DNA of 42,534 nt from a virus (IMGVR_UViG_3300024246_000045:1-42534); one strand, 5' to 3'; shown: positions 9,876 through 18,754, counted from the first letter of the stretch. Numbers and translations: made by a program. The notes: generated by a model from the sequence alone, not told the origin.

Positions 9876-11042
9876 TTAGTAGGACGACGTGTGATTGATG
9901 AGCTGCAGCGTCGCCGGCGCGGAGCTCGAGGTCTTCTTGAAGCTGTGCGCGATAAAGGGGAGGATCGCGCCCATGTCCTGGCGCTCGAAGTCCTCGACCT
10001 CCATCTTCGCCTCCGGATAGATCTGGTTGAAGATGCCGTCCGGAGACGTCGTAGCCGAGCGGAAGTCGGTGATCGTGCCGGTATCCATCTTGCCGGCGAA
10101 CGTCTCATCCTCGAAGTAGGCCTGGCCATCCAGCTTGACGAGCGTCCCGCCCTTGCGCAGCTCGCCGGCCTTGCCGCCATAGTTCGGCGGACGCTTCTCT
10201 TTGAGCGTGGTCTCGATCGACGCCGTGAAGTGGTCGACGATCCCGACAGTCGTGCCGCCTTCAATGACGTTGAGGTTGGCGTATTCACCCGGCGTTCCGG
10301 TCACCTCCACGGGAGAAGCGTCAAAGGGCGTCGACGCCTTTTTCATATGGCCCGACCCGCTCCAGTCCGTGGCGATGTTGCAGATCCCCTCGGCCGTGTT
10401 CACGAGCTGAATCTTGTTGAGCACCATGTTGAAGTAGCGCCGGTAGAAGCCGCCGGCGAACTTCTCGATCGTCCACAGCACAGGCGAGGCGTTGCCGGGG
10501 ATGCCGGTGTGGAGGAACGCGGCGAGGTCGATCGCCGCCGTGCCGGTCGTGCCGGTCCCCGTTCCGGCCGCGAAGCTCGGCACAGGAGCGGTGGCGTAAC
10601 CGGAACCGTGATTGATCATCACGACACAGATGACCGTGCCGCCGAGAACGATCGCCAGGCCCGACGCGCCGGACCCGCCGCCTCCGGTGTAGGTGACAAG
10701 GAATGAGCCCGTGTGCCCGGTCCCGCCATTGGTCACCGCCGTCGAGTAGACGCCGGTGAAGGCCACGGAGCTGAACGTCTTCGAGATGCCCTTGATCAGG
10801 TACCCGAGAAAGTTGAAGTTGCAGACGAGCGTGCCCGTTGCCTTCGAGATGTGATTGCCGAGCGCGAACTCCCGCTCGACGCCGTCCGCCTGCACCTGAT
10901 CGTTGGAAAGCGTGTTGCGGGTTCTCTTGCATTGAAAGTCTTTGCCGGCCGGCAGAATCTTCGCGCTCGCCGACGCCGGATCGTCAACAAGGAATCCGGT
11001 CTGCGGATAGATCCGAAACCCAACTTCTTCCTCAGTAAACAT
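9876..11042 (-). CDS. Major tail tube protein with an inserted Gly/Thr-rich domain
   Basis: Synteny (after terminator gene, before chaperones); strong SD; no sheath gene present. Confidence 0.8.
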   Translation of the reverse strand: MFTEEEVGFRIYPQTGFLVDDPASASAKILPAGKDFQCKRTRNTLSNDQVQADGVEREFALGNHISKATGTLVCNFNFLGYLIKGISKTFSSVAFTGVYSTAVTNGGTGHTGSFLVTYTGGGGSGASGLAIVLGGTVICVVMINHGSGYATAPVPSFAAGTGTGTTGTAAIDLAAFLHTGIPGNASPVLWTIEKFAGGFYRRYFNMVLNKIQLVNTAEGICNIATDWSGSGHMKKASTPFDASPVEVTGTPGEYANLNVIEGGTTVGIVDHFTASIETTLKEKRPPNYGGKAGELRKGGTLVKLDGQAYFEDETFAGKMDTGTITDFRSATTSPDGIFNQIYPEAKMEVEDFERQDMGAILPFIAHSFKKTSSSAPATLQLINHTSSY

Positions 11043-11101
11043 CGCCTAGCCTCCCCCTCGCTCCCTCCCCGCCGACGCCTCCGCGCCGCCAGGCTTGAAA
11101 T

Positions 11102-11140
11102 TGCAGTGAATCGCTGCAGTTTGGGCAGCGATTCACTGCA
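11102..11140 (-). terminator. Perfect 16-bp hairpin (terminator or mRNA processing element)
   Basis: TGCAGTGAATCGCTGC-N7-GCAGCGATTCACTGCA in the intergenic gap before the tail tube gene; only a weak U-tract. Confidence 0.55.
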
Positions 11141-11147
11141 GATTGAA

Positions 11148-11378
11148 TTACTCGCCCGTGCCGCCGCCGCTGGTGTCGGGAGCCTTTTGCGGCGTGGACG
11201 CCACGCATGCGACGAACTCCTTGTCCTTGACGCAGAGCCTTGCGATCGTCTCGGCATCGAGCGGCCCCTTCGCTTCGTCGCGAATGAACTCACCGTCAAT
11301 GTCCGGGACCGCCACTGACGGATGCGGGCCGATGTACATCACATAGTTCTTGTCTTGCGGTTTGTCTGTCTTGGCCAC
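11148..11378 (-). CDS. Small hypothetical phage protein
   Basis: GAGGAGG SD before GTG; position typical of the small gene preceding a tail tube gene. Confidence 0.7.
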   Translation of the reverse strand: MAKTDKPQDKNYVMYIGPHPSVAVPDIDGEFIRDEAKGPLDAETIARLCVKDKEFVACVASTPQKAPDTSGGGTGE

Positions 11379-11394
11379 AGCAGTTTCCCTCCTC

Positions 11395-11835
11395 TTACGT
11401 GTATGTTTCCTGGACTTTGGTCTCGAACTTGATCGGCGAGAGCAGCACCGAGCCCACGACTACAGGCTCGTCGACTTCGCCGCGAAACTTGCAAAGCGTT
11501 CGTGCCCATGAAGGCTTCCACCAGTGGATCGCCTTATGGATCTTGGGTAGCAGCACATCCGATCCGCGCGCGCCCTTCGTAGCCGCGGCGCCGCCGGCGC
11601 CGACGCTCTGCGTCACCAGGCCCACGAGGACCTCGACAACAATCTCTTGCGTCCTCATGCCCGGAACCATCTCCGCGGCTTCCAGCCAGCGCAGATGAAC
11701 AAAGACGGCAGGCTTGGCACACGTCTGAACAACGGACTCGTTGAGGTTCGCCGCCGAGTCGTCGAAGGCAAGCTCCGTCACTTGCGCGCGAAGGCGCTGC
11801 CTCACCTCGAGCACAGCCGCGGCGCGATCGATCAC
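11395..11835 (-). CDS. Tail terminator (Mu gp37-like)
   Basis: GTG start overlaps the upstream TGA; PAVFV...VLVGLV...GA..LL..I..AIHWWKP pattern. Confidence 0.7.
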   Translation of the reverse strand: MIDRAAAVLEVRQRLRAQVTELAFDDSAANLNESVVQTCAKPAVFVHLRWLEAAEMVPGMRTQEIVVEVLVGLVTQSVGAGGAAATKGARGSDVLLPKIHKAIHWWKPSWARTLCKFRGEVDEPVVVGSVLLSPIKFETKVQETYT

Positions 11836-12425
11836 TGAGCGGCTCCTCCAAACGGCTGCTCGATCAGATGCTGGTCGGCCATGCGGCGCAGGAGCGCGGC
11901 CACGCCCACCTGATCGGAGACGGCATCCGGATCGAACACGCCGTCGCGGACGAACTTGCCGCTCGTGTAGTGCTGCGACGCTCCCCACAGGTACGGCGAG
12001 GAAACTCCCTTCTTCTGATATCCCCAGCCGTTGTAGACCTCGATCTTGAAGAGCGTGCCGGAGACGGTGTTCCATTCCGGCCATGTATCGAAGGCGTCGA
12101 GGTGCAGCGCGTCGACGGCGCTGTCTTCCCAACCGAACGGCGGGGAACCCGTGGCCGGCCGGCCCGCCGGCACGTTGACCGTGCGCGCGGTGAGCTTGTC
12201 GCCATTGTGGAGATGCCGCGTGAAGTTGCCGTCGCTCTCCATGTTGTGAATCACAGCGATCACAAACCACGGGACGCCCGTGCGCGCGGAGACACTCTCG
12301 TAGCGCCCGCGGTTCTTCATGATCCGGGTGATGATGTCCTCGACTTCCTTCGTGCGGGCCGGATCGACCTGGCACGTGCTATAGCGTTTCTCGTACTGCT
12401 CGCGTAGCTCTTTCGTTAACGGCAC
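11832..12425 (-). CDS. Lysozyme-family protein (putative endolysin)
   Basis: VPWFVIAVIHNMES, LHNGD, YNGWGY, SPYLW, GKFVRDG and SDQVG motifs of the COG5526-type lysozyme family; GGAGG SD before GTG 12425. Confidence 0.82.
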   Translation of the reverse strand: MPLTKELREQYEKRYSTCQVDPARTKEVEDIITRIMKNRGRYESVSARTGVPWFVIAVIHNMESDGNFTRHLHNGDKLTARTVNVPAGRPATGSPPFGWEDSAVDALHLDAFDTWPEWNTVSGTLFKIEVYNGWGYQKKGVSSPYLWGASQHYTSGKFVRDGVFDPDAVSDQVGVAALLRRMADQHLIEQPFGGAAQ

Positions 12426-12528
12426 GTTCTCCCCCTCCCAACAGCACTCCCACCGCGTTACCGGCGGGACGGCTCCCACTGTTGCGGCCAGCGCCGCAAC
12501 TCCATGAACGATTGCGAGAGACACCGGG

Positions 12529-13047
12529 TCACCGGCTCCCCTCTGCAGGCTGCGCCGGCAGCAGGCCTCCGAATGTCCCCATGACCTGGTCCATCAGTGG
12601 ACAGAGCACCGTGAAGTTGACGCTCTGACGCTGGTGGTGCCTGCCGTGATAGCGAAGGACGAACCGGAAGTAGGCGGTCCCTGCAAACCAGCGCCCGCGG
12701 GGATAGTGAATCTCGCGGTGAAACCAGCTCCATAGCTCGCCGTGAACCGTGAAGAACGCTGCCAGGACGATCGCCCCTGTGTGCGAGTAAAACCACACGG
12801 GAGCCCAGAAGATGGCCGTGGCGGCGAACATCATCGGGCCGCCCAAGTCGATGCCAACCCACTCACCAGCGGGGTCCTCGCCCGTCCGATATTTTGCGAA
12901 GGGCGCGAACCGGCCGTGGTGCAGGAGATGCTTTTCGAAATACTCGAGCAGGCCGACGATGCGCCCATGCATCATGTACCTGTGACCGAAGTGCTCGTAG
13001 GCGCTCGTGAGCACGTAAGCGAGCGCGAGCCATCCAAGGATCTTCAT
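12529..13047 (-). CDS. Fatty acid hydroxylase / sterol desaturase superfamily membrane protein
   Basis: Histidine boxes EHFGHRYMMH, HLLHH, FHREIH and YHGRHH, plus an NF..L.P..D...GT tail and hydrophobic helices. Confidence 0.82.
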   Translation of the reverse strand: MKILGWLALAYVLTSAYEHFGHRYMMHGRIVGLLEYFEKHLLHHGRFAPFAKYRTGEDPAGEWVGIDLGGPMMFAATAIFWAPVWFYSHTGAIVLAAFFTVHGELWSWFHREIHYPRGRWFAGTAYFRFVLRYHGRHHQRQSVNFTVLCPLMDQVMGTFGGLLPAQPAEGSR

Positions 13048-13793
13048 TGGGTTCCCCCTCCCTCACCGGCGACCCATCCGCCGAGCCGATCGGCGACCAT
13101 GTCGACGTCGGCGTTACCGAAGCCGAAGAATTTCCGCTGCGGAATCTTCACCTTCGTTACCAATAGAAACAGCGCGCGCAGGGTGTACTTCGATCCCGCC
13201 GGCGTGGAGCCCTTCCCGCGCTTGTGACCGCGGTACGAAACTCCGCCGTCGCCCGTGACCTTGGCGACGCGCTGCATGAGCAGTAGCGTCGACCCGCGCC
13301 GAAGAAAGAACGTCGAGCTCTTCGAGTAGTGACCCGCCAACGCGCCAGTGCGGTTGGCCAGAGGCGCGGCGCCTCCGGCGATGCTGTCAAACAGCCCGCC
13401 GCGGCCGCGCAGTGGGATCGTTAGAAACTTGTGGCCAGCCTTCGGCGTGATCTCCAGACCTTCCCAATGAACGCGCGCCCGTTTGTCGCTCGAGAACAGC
13501 TCGAGCGAGCTCCCCGGCGTGTCGTAATTGATCGACGCGGCGAGCGCTCCGGTATTGAAGAGCGTCTGCCCACCGGATTGCGCTGACCGGCCTGAAGTCT
13601 TGAACGGCTTGCCGTCGATGTCGACGCCGGCGCGCATCCGGCGCTGGTTGCGCAGGAGCATCTCCTCGCCAAGGTTCTTGAGCACAGCACCCCGCGAGAC
13701 CCACCGGCCGCTCTGACCACGCAGACGTTTCGCCGCGCCGGCGACGTACTCTTTCACTTCTTCAACGCCTGACGATCGAAAGAGGAGTGCCAT
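13044..13793 (-). CDS. Phage virion morphogenesis protein (Mu gpG-like tail completion)
   Basis: TLFNTGALAASI, ARVH.G..I.PK and VKIPQRKFFG motifs. Confidence 0.85.
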   Translation of the reverse strand: MALLFRSSGVEEVKEYVAGAAKRLRGQSGRWVSRGAVLKNLGEEMLLRNQRRMRAGVDIDGKPFKTSGRSAQSGGQTLFNTGALAASINYDTPGSSLELFSSDKRARVHWEGLEITPKAGHKFLTIPLRGRGGLFDSIAGGAAPLANRTGALAGHYSKSSTFFLRRGSTLLLMQRVAKVTGDGGVSYRGHKRGKGSTPAGSKYTLRALFLLVTKVKIPQRKFFGFGNADVDMVADRLGGWVAGEGGGTQ

Positions 13794-14263
13794 CAGTGAA
13801 ACCCCACCATGCGGTCAGCAGAGAATCGCGGTGCGTCGGAGATGACGGTGGCCGTGCCGAGCTTCGACCCGCCAGGAGCGGTGAGCTTGACCGCGCCTGG
13901 CAGCGACGTCGGGCCGATGCCCTCCATCCAAGTCAGCAGCTCCTCGCGGCGGCCCTTCCAGAGATCGCCCTCGTCGTTGCTGTTCTTGAGCAGCTCGGCG
14001 CGGCGCATCATTAAGTACCAGCACACCAACTCGATGAGCTTGCGGCGCAAGCCGGCCGGAACCGCATCGCTCGCGTCGCGAACTGGAGTGACGAAGTACA
14101 CCCCGGCGTAGAGATCAAACTCATCCTCCGCCCCGGCGATCGCCTCGTCGAGATTGTCCGTGTCGATCGTGTCGCCGCCGGCGTCGTTCGTCAGTTGAAC
14201 GACGCGGTCGAACGTCAATCGCTTGACGATCGTCTCCTGGTCGATGCCGTACCTGGATGCCAT
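13793..14263 (-). CDS. Head-tail adaptor (Mu gp36/DUF1320-like)
   Basis: VVQLTND..LDEAIAGAEDEFDLY pattern; AAGGAG SD before ATG 14263. Confidence 0.82.
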   Translation of the reverse strand: MASRYGIDQETIVKRLTFDRVVQLTNDAGGDTIDTDNLDEAIAGAEDEFDLYAGVYFVTPVRDASDAVPAGLRRKLIELVCWYLMMRRAELLKNSNDEGDLWKGRREELLTWMEGIGPTSLPGAVKLTAPGGSKLGTATVISDAPRFSADRMVGFH

Positions 14264-14270
14264 CTCGCCG

Positions 14271-14483
14271 TTACTCCTTCGGGTCGGCCGCCGGCGCCGC
14301 TTCCTTGACCTTGATCGTGCCGTGGTCCAGAAGTGACTGCACCTGGCCACCGAGCTCGGACTCGAAAACGCTGTCGCCAACAACGCGCTTGTCGTTCACG
14401 TCGAGGCACACCGCGCCGTGCTTTACGACGTACTCCGTGCCTGTGGGACCTTGATCCGCTGCATCCTTTTTCTTCGCTGCCAT
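14271..14483 (-). CDS. Small head-associated hypothetical protein
   Basis: GGAGG SD before ATG 14483; lies between capsid and adaptor genes. Confidence 0.65.
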   Translation of the reverse strand: MAAKKKDAADQGPTGTEYVVKHGAVCLDVNDKRVVGDSVFESELGGQVQSLLDHGTIKVKEAAPAADPKE

Positions 14484-14529
14484 CACATCCTCCGTGTTCG
14501 TTTTCGTTGGGAGCCTGGTCACTCGATGA

Positions 14530-14568
14530 AACGCAGCGGCGTCGGGGTAGCTCCAGCGCCGCTGCGTT
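14530..14568 (-). terminator. Hairpin after the major capsid gene
   Basis: 12-bp perfect inverted repeat AACGCAGCGGCG/CGCCGCTGCGTT, with a short U-run on the minus strand. Confidence 0.6.
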
Positions 14569-14588
14569 CGGATCGAATGACCCGGATC

Positions 14589-15557
14589 TCAGAAGAGCGC
14601 CGGCAGACCGGAGACGCTCTTGGCCAGGAAGATCCGGCGGTTGGCCGGCTTCCAGAAGACGCCCCAGTTGTCGTCGTTCGCCGAGATGTCGGCCGACTTG
14701 GTCTCGTCGCGGTAGCGCGTCACGATCGGATGACCTTCGAGCCGCGCGATGCCGCCGGCGAGCGGGTCAACCGCGGTCGGATTGGTGATCGGGATATAGA
14801 CGATGACCTCGTCGTCGTACATCGTCGTGAAGCTCACCGCGGTCGGATCTTCAGGATTGAAGTCGGACGCGTACATTCCGTTCAGCAGAACGACCTCTTT
14901 GCACTCGAGCCATCCGCGCAGCGCATCGAGCGTGACCTCTTTGCCAACGTACTTGACGCGATCGCGGCCCTCGGCGCTGTCGATCAGGGCGCGCGCCGGC
15001 TTCGGCGCGATGCCGATACCGAGCTCCGCAAGCGGCACACCGTTCATCAGCGCGACCGTCCAAAGCCAGTCGCGCAGGTTCTTGATGATCGTCGCCGTGC
15101 TGTTCTGCCACTGCTGCGCGCCGGCCAGCGTCACGGTGTTGTTGGTTCCGTAGTTCCCCGTCGTCAGGAGAACCTGCGAGACGTTGTATTCCATGAGCAG
15201 GAGCTGGGTGTCCTGCGCCAGAAAATCCTTTTTCGACTGATAGTTGTCGTGCTGCGACACCGGAACGTTCTTCATCTCGCGGTCGTAGGTCGGAACCTCG
15301 ATCGACACCTCACCCGTCGAATACGCACCGGCGCCGACGTGAATGTCAATTCGCTTACGCGAGTCGCCGAGCGCGCGATTGAGGTTCTGCCGGATGACCG
15401 ATGCGTCAGCCGCGAAGTCCATGAACTTGCCGGCCTCCGTTGCCACGTCGACGATCGGCAGAATGTGATTCACCGCCGTCGCGTCCGGCCGGCGGTAGCC
15501 GCTCATGATGTTTGAAACGAACGGGTCCACGACCCGCGTGCTTGCCAATTTCCCCAT
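14589..15557 (-). CDS. Major capsid protein
   Basis: About 320 aa after protease and decoration genes; RVVDP..SNI..GYR N-terminus; GGAGG SD. Confidence 0.88.
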   Translation of the reverse strand: MGKLASTRVVDPFVSNIMSGYRRPDATAVNHILPIVDVATEAGKFMDFAADASVIRQNLNRALGDSRKRIDIHVGAGAYSTGEVSIEVPTYDREMKNVPVSQHDNYQSKKDFLAQDTQLLLMEYNVSQVLLTTGNYGTNNTVTLAGAQQWQNSTATIIKNLRDWLWTVALMNGVPLAELGIGIAPKPARALIDSAEGRDRVKYVGKEVTLDALRGWLECKEVVLLNGMYASDFNPEDPTAVSFTTMYDDEVIVYIPITNPTAVDPLAGGIARLEGHPIVTRYRDETKSADISANDDNWGVFWKPANRRIFLAKSVSGLPALF

Positions 15558-15629
15558 GTCCACACCCTCCCACCGCACCCTTCCAAGGGGATTGCGGAAA
15601 ATATGTTTCGGTCAGTCCCTCGCGAGGCT

Positions 15630-16037
15630 TTACGGCTTCACGTAGGGGTCACACTTGAGGACCGTGACGCGATCACCAGCGGCGCTCGATGCGCTGTAAA
15701 GGATCGCGTTGACGGTTTGCGTGCTGACGGCCTGCGTGCCGCGGCCGTCGTTGGTCGAGGTCAGCTCGAGCCCGATCGTTGCGTAAGCGGCGTCGACTTC
15801 CAGCTCCTCGAAACCGAGAATCGTTCCCGTCATGCCGGCATAGTTACCGGACAGATCGGAGGCCGAGCGTGCGATGTCGTCCGCGGTCCACGAGTCCTGC
15901 GAGATCGCGCGCGCTTTGGCGCCAGCGACAGCGATCTGATTGCCGTTGTCGCCGATGAACCGCGCACGCGTCACCGCGGCCGTCGGCTTGTACGTCCAGG
16001 TGAGAACTGCATTCTTGATGAGTGCAACCTTAGCCAT
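15630..16037 (-). CDS. Capsid decoration/cement protein (DUF2190-like)
   Basis: AVTRARFIG, G..LTSTNDGRG and A.AAGD.V.V motifs; SD before ATG 16037. Confidence 0.72.
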   Translation of the reverse strand: MAKVALIKNAVLTWTYKPTAAVTRARFIGDNGNQIAVAGAKARAISQDSWTADDIARSASDLSGNYAGMTGTILGFEELEVDAAYATIGLELTSTNDGRGTQAVSTQTVNAILYSASSAAGDRVTVLKCDPYVKP

Positions 16038-16113
16038 GTGTTTTGCCTCCCCGCCCTTTCCCTTTCGAAATGAATGAAGCGTCCCGACACCCAAGCCGGG
16101 AGCGCCGGTTCGT

Positions 16114-16842
16114 TTACTTCTTCCGCGCCTCGCGCCGCACCAGTTCCTTGGCCGCCTCGGCGAAGGTGCGGAACTTGTCAGGGTCTTCCGCCTGAATGGC
16201 TTTCACGCGCTCCACGCGGCGCGCGCTCTCCTGGTCGACCGGAACGTCTTTGGACCCGATGCGCATCGTCTGGGCGACGGTGACCGGCACGTCTTCGTTC
16301 GCAGCGGCGTCAGACCCGCGCTCCGAATTCGCAGGCAACGCCTCCGCCATGCTCTTGACGACTTCGGTCGCGTGCTCGATCCCATGCCTCTTGGCGATCG
16401 AGCGAACCCACGCTTCCTTGGCCGGCGTCACCCGCGTGCGGTACGTCTGAATGAGAAGGGCGATCTTGTCGTCGTCGGTCTTCGCCGAGGACGTCGCCAG
16501 TTTCTCTTTGAGCGTCTTGTTCTCGTCTCGGAGCTGTACGACTTCAGCGGCGCTGGTCTTCAGATCTCCGACTTTCGCGTGCGCCTGCGCGAGCGTGGCC
16601 GTCTCCGGCAGCTCGAGCTCGTCGAGAATCGCCTTCTGTGCGACCTGAACAACTGCCGGCTTTGATACGCCGAGCGCCTCGCCGATCGTCTTAGCCGTGC
16701 CGCGCTTCTCGGCGACCAGGAGCATCTGATCGTCCGCCGGCACTGCGTCGAGGATCTTCTGCAGCGAAGCTCGCGCGTCGTTGTGCGTTGCCGTGATCGG
16801 CAGCCCCAGGAACCACATCAACCTCTCCATCAATTCGTCCAT
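16114..16842 (-). CDS. Nested in-frame scaffold protein (Mu gpZ-like)
   Basis: Internal AGGGAGG SD just before ATG (MDELMERL...) at the protease/scaffold boundary. Confidence 0.6.
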   Translation of the reverse strand: MDELMERLMWFLGLPITATHNDARASLQKILDAVPADDQMLLVAEKRGTAKTIGEALGVSKPAVVQVAQKAILDELELPETATLAQAHAKVGDLKTSAAEVVQLRDENKTLKEKLATSSAKTDDDKIALLIQTYRTRVTPAKEAWVRSIAKRHGIEHATEVVKSMAEALPANSERGSDAAANEDVPVTVAQTMRIGSKDVPVDQESARRVERVKAIQAEDPDKFRTFAEAAKELVRREARKK

Positions 16843-17367
16843 GCACCCTCCCTGTTTTTCTCGCTTCGTTTTTCCAGCGCGCGCCGACGCGGCGACGCGC
16901 TCGGTGAGCGGCGCCTGGCCCTTCTCGCCAGGCCAATTTGTGAGCGCTACGTGATGCAACTTGATGATCTCGTTGGTGCGCGTGTCGACGTCGAAGACGC
17001 ACGAGAAGTAGCGGTACGCGCCGGTGCGGAGATCCTTCGCTCCGTCGTCGGTCCAATCCACACCCGACCACAGCCCGTCATCAAGACCATCGAGTGACGT
17101 GATCCATCCGGCGGCCGGCGCGCGATCGCCCAGGAGCGTCTGGTGTTCCCAATCCCACACGGGATCGGTGCCCTTGTCCTTGTAGTAGCTGAGGACTTCC
17201 TTCTTCGAACGATCGGTGTACAGAAACGTGCCGTCGTCGTAACGGTTCTCGCCGGTTTGGAACAGGCGCACTTTCGCCGGCGGCTCGCCGCCGACCTTCT
17301 CGCGGCGCGTTGACGAGAGGATCACCTCGCCATATCCGCGCGCGGTTCGAATGAACTGCTCGGCCAT
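16114..17367 (-). CDS. Prohead protease/scaffold (Mu gpI-like)
   Basis: WDWEHQT, APAAGWI, W..V.WT..G, YRYFS..F and HVALTN.P motifs. Confidence 0.92.
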   Translation of the reverse strand: MAEQFIRTARGYGEVILSSTRREKVGGEPPAKVRLFQTGENRYDDGTFLYTDRSKKEVLSYYKDKGTDPVWDWEHQTLLGDRAPAAGWITSLDGLDDGLWSGVDWTDDGAKDLRTGAYRYFSCVFDVDTRTNEIIKLHHVALTNWPGEKGQAPLTERVAASARAGKTKREKQGGCMDELMERLMWFLGLPITATHNDARASLQKILDAVPADDQMLLVAEKRGTAKTIGEALGVSKPAVVQVAQKAILDELELPETATLAQAHAKVGDLKTSAAEVVQLRDENKTLKEKLATSSAKTDDDKIALLIQTYRTRVTPAKEAWVRSIAKRHGIEHATEVVKSMAEALPANSERGSDAAANEDVPVTVAQTMRIGSKDVPVDQESARRVERVKAIQAEDPDKFRTFAEAAKELVRREARKK

Positions 17368-18623
17368 CAGTTGGCCCTCCGTGGAACCTTCGTCTGCACT
17401 AAGCGGCCGCGGCGCAGCCCCTCGATCGCCGCGGCGTCGTCCGAGAAAGCGGCATCCATGAGGAGGCCATCCGGCGAGACGTCAGCGACCATCAGCAGCG
17501 CTTTGCCGCCGTCCCCATAGAGAGCGATGAACCGCTTCGAGAGACTGACCGCGCCGGATGCATCACGCCGCGTCACCATCCACGTCTCGAGCGGATCTTC
17601 GAGCGTTGGGCGGATCGCACCGAACCATTGAGGGACGTCCTTCTTCGCTTCGCGCGCGAGATCGCCGGCGTCCAGACCAACCATCTGTTCAAAGGAGCTG
17701 CGCGTGATGACGACGCCGTCACCGAAACCGTCAACGAGAACCGTCTGCGTCGCTCCTTCCGCGATTCCGGCCGCTTCCTGGAAGGATGTCCACGCTTCGT
17801 CGTACTGCGCGAGGTCGGTGACGTCGGCGATCGCGGCGGTGGCATCCGCGGCTACCTCGGGCAACGTTGACGTATCAACGTCGGCCAGCGCCTCGAGGCT
17901 GTAGTCGGCGGCGCTCTTGCCGGGCAGCTCGATCCCGAGCGCCTCGGCGCGATCGGCGAGCCACTTCTCGTCGACCGAAAGAAGGCCCGGTTGGCGATCC
18001 CACCCCGGATCGGGGAGGATGGTCTGTCCCTCGATCACCGGATACTCCATGTCGCCGGCGCTCTCGTAGATCCCGATCGCGCGCGCCTCTTCTTCGGTGA
18101 GCGTGGCCACCTGCAGGTGCCGCTCGGCGTGATGGTTTTCGGGCATCACGTGCTTCTCGATCGGGTCTCCAGCGCGCCAGACCAAACCTCCGAGCTTGCG
18201 GCAGATCGCGCTCGTGCGGGCATCGAGCGGATCGATCGGATACTGGCGGTACGGCCGCTCGGCCAGGATGTCCGGATCGTTGATCTGTTCCCACCGGCCG
18301 GCCGCATACGCGGCGGCGGTGTTGTTGCGCGCGATCAGCTCGAGCCGCTGCGGCGAGAAAAAGAGGCCGCCCTGCTGATCGAGCGTCTTGCCGACCCGGT
18401 CGAGGAACTCCTGATGGGTGAGGCCTTCCGCGATCGCCGCGGTGGCCGCGCTGTAGGCCTCATCGACCAGCGACTGACGGGTCAGCCCGGCGATCCAGAA
18501 GCCGCGCCGCTCGGCCGCGTCCTCGATCGCCGACAGGTCCGGCTGCGTCCCAGGAATCCGGGCCAGTTGGGCGTCCACGGCATACCGAAAAGGCTTGAGC
18601 ATCGGCAACGCGGTGGGGGTCAT
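17367..18623 (-). CDS. MuF (gpF) minor head protein with a C-terminal PBECR-like extension
   Basis: RLELIARNNTAAAYAAGRW, RPYRQY, D.RT and PDPGW motifs, followed by an extra ~170-aa domain. Confidence 0.85.
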   Translation of the reverse strand: MTPTALPMLKPFRYAVDAQLARIPGTQPDLSAIEDAAERRGFWIAGLTRQSLVDEAYSAATAAIAEGLTHQEFLDRVGKTLDQQGGLFFSPQRLELIARNNTAAAYAAGRWEQINDPDILAERPYRQYPIDPLDARTSAICRKLGGLVWRAGDPIEKHVMPENHHAERHLQVATLTEEEARAIGIYESAGDMEYPVIEGQTILPDPGWDRQPGLLSVDEKWLADRAEALGIELPGKSAADYSLEALADVDTSTLPEVAADATAAIADVTDLAQYDEAWTSFQEAAGIAEGATQTVLVDGFGDGVVITRSSFEQMVGLDAGDLAREAKKDVPQWFGAIRPTLEDPLETWMVTRRDASGAVSLSKRFIALYGDGGKALLMVADVSPDGLLMDAAFSDDAAAIEGLRRGRLVQTKVPRRAN

Positions 18624-18754
18624 GCGACACCTCCGGCGCAGACCCTTTTGAATACCTTTTGAAATTCACGCAGGACGCGCGAACGGGCATTCCCGCTCGC
18701 CCACCAGCGGCAATTCCCCCAGGGGGATTTCTGTGCGTTTTGGAGGGTATTCAT
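18620..18754 (-). CDS. 44-aa small ORF coupled to portal and MuF
   Basis: ATGA overlaps at both ends (MNTLQNAQKSPW...GGVA*); not in the ORF track. Confidence 0.4.
   Translation of the reverse strand: MNTLQNAQKSPWGNCRWWASGNARSRVLREFQKVFKRVCAGGVA

Noticed and set aside
11836-12375. N-terminal part of the 326-aa ORF 11395-12375
   Set aside because: It overlaps the lysozyme gene out of frame; the real gene likely starts at GTG 11835
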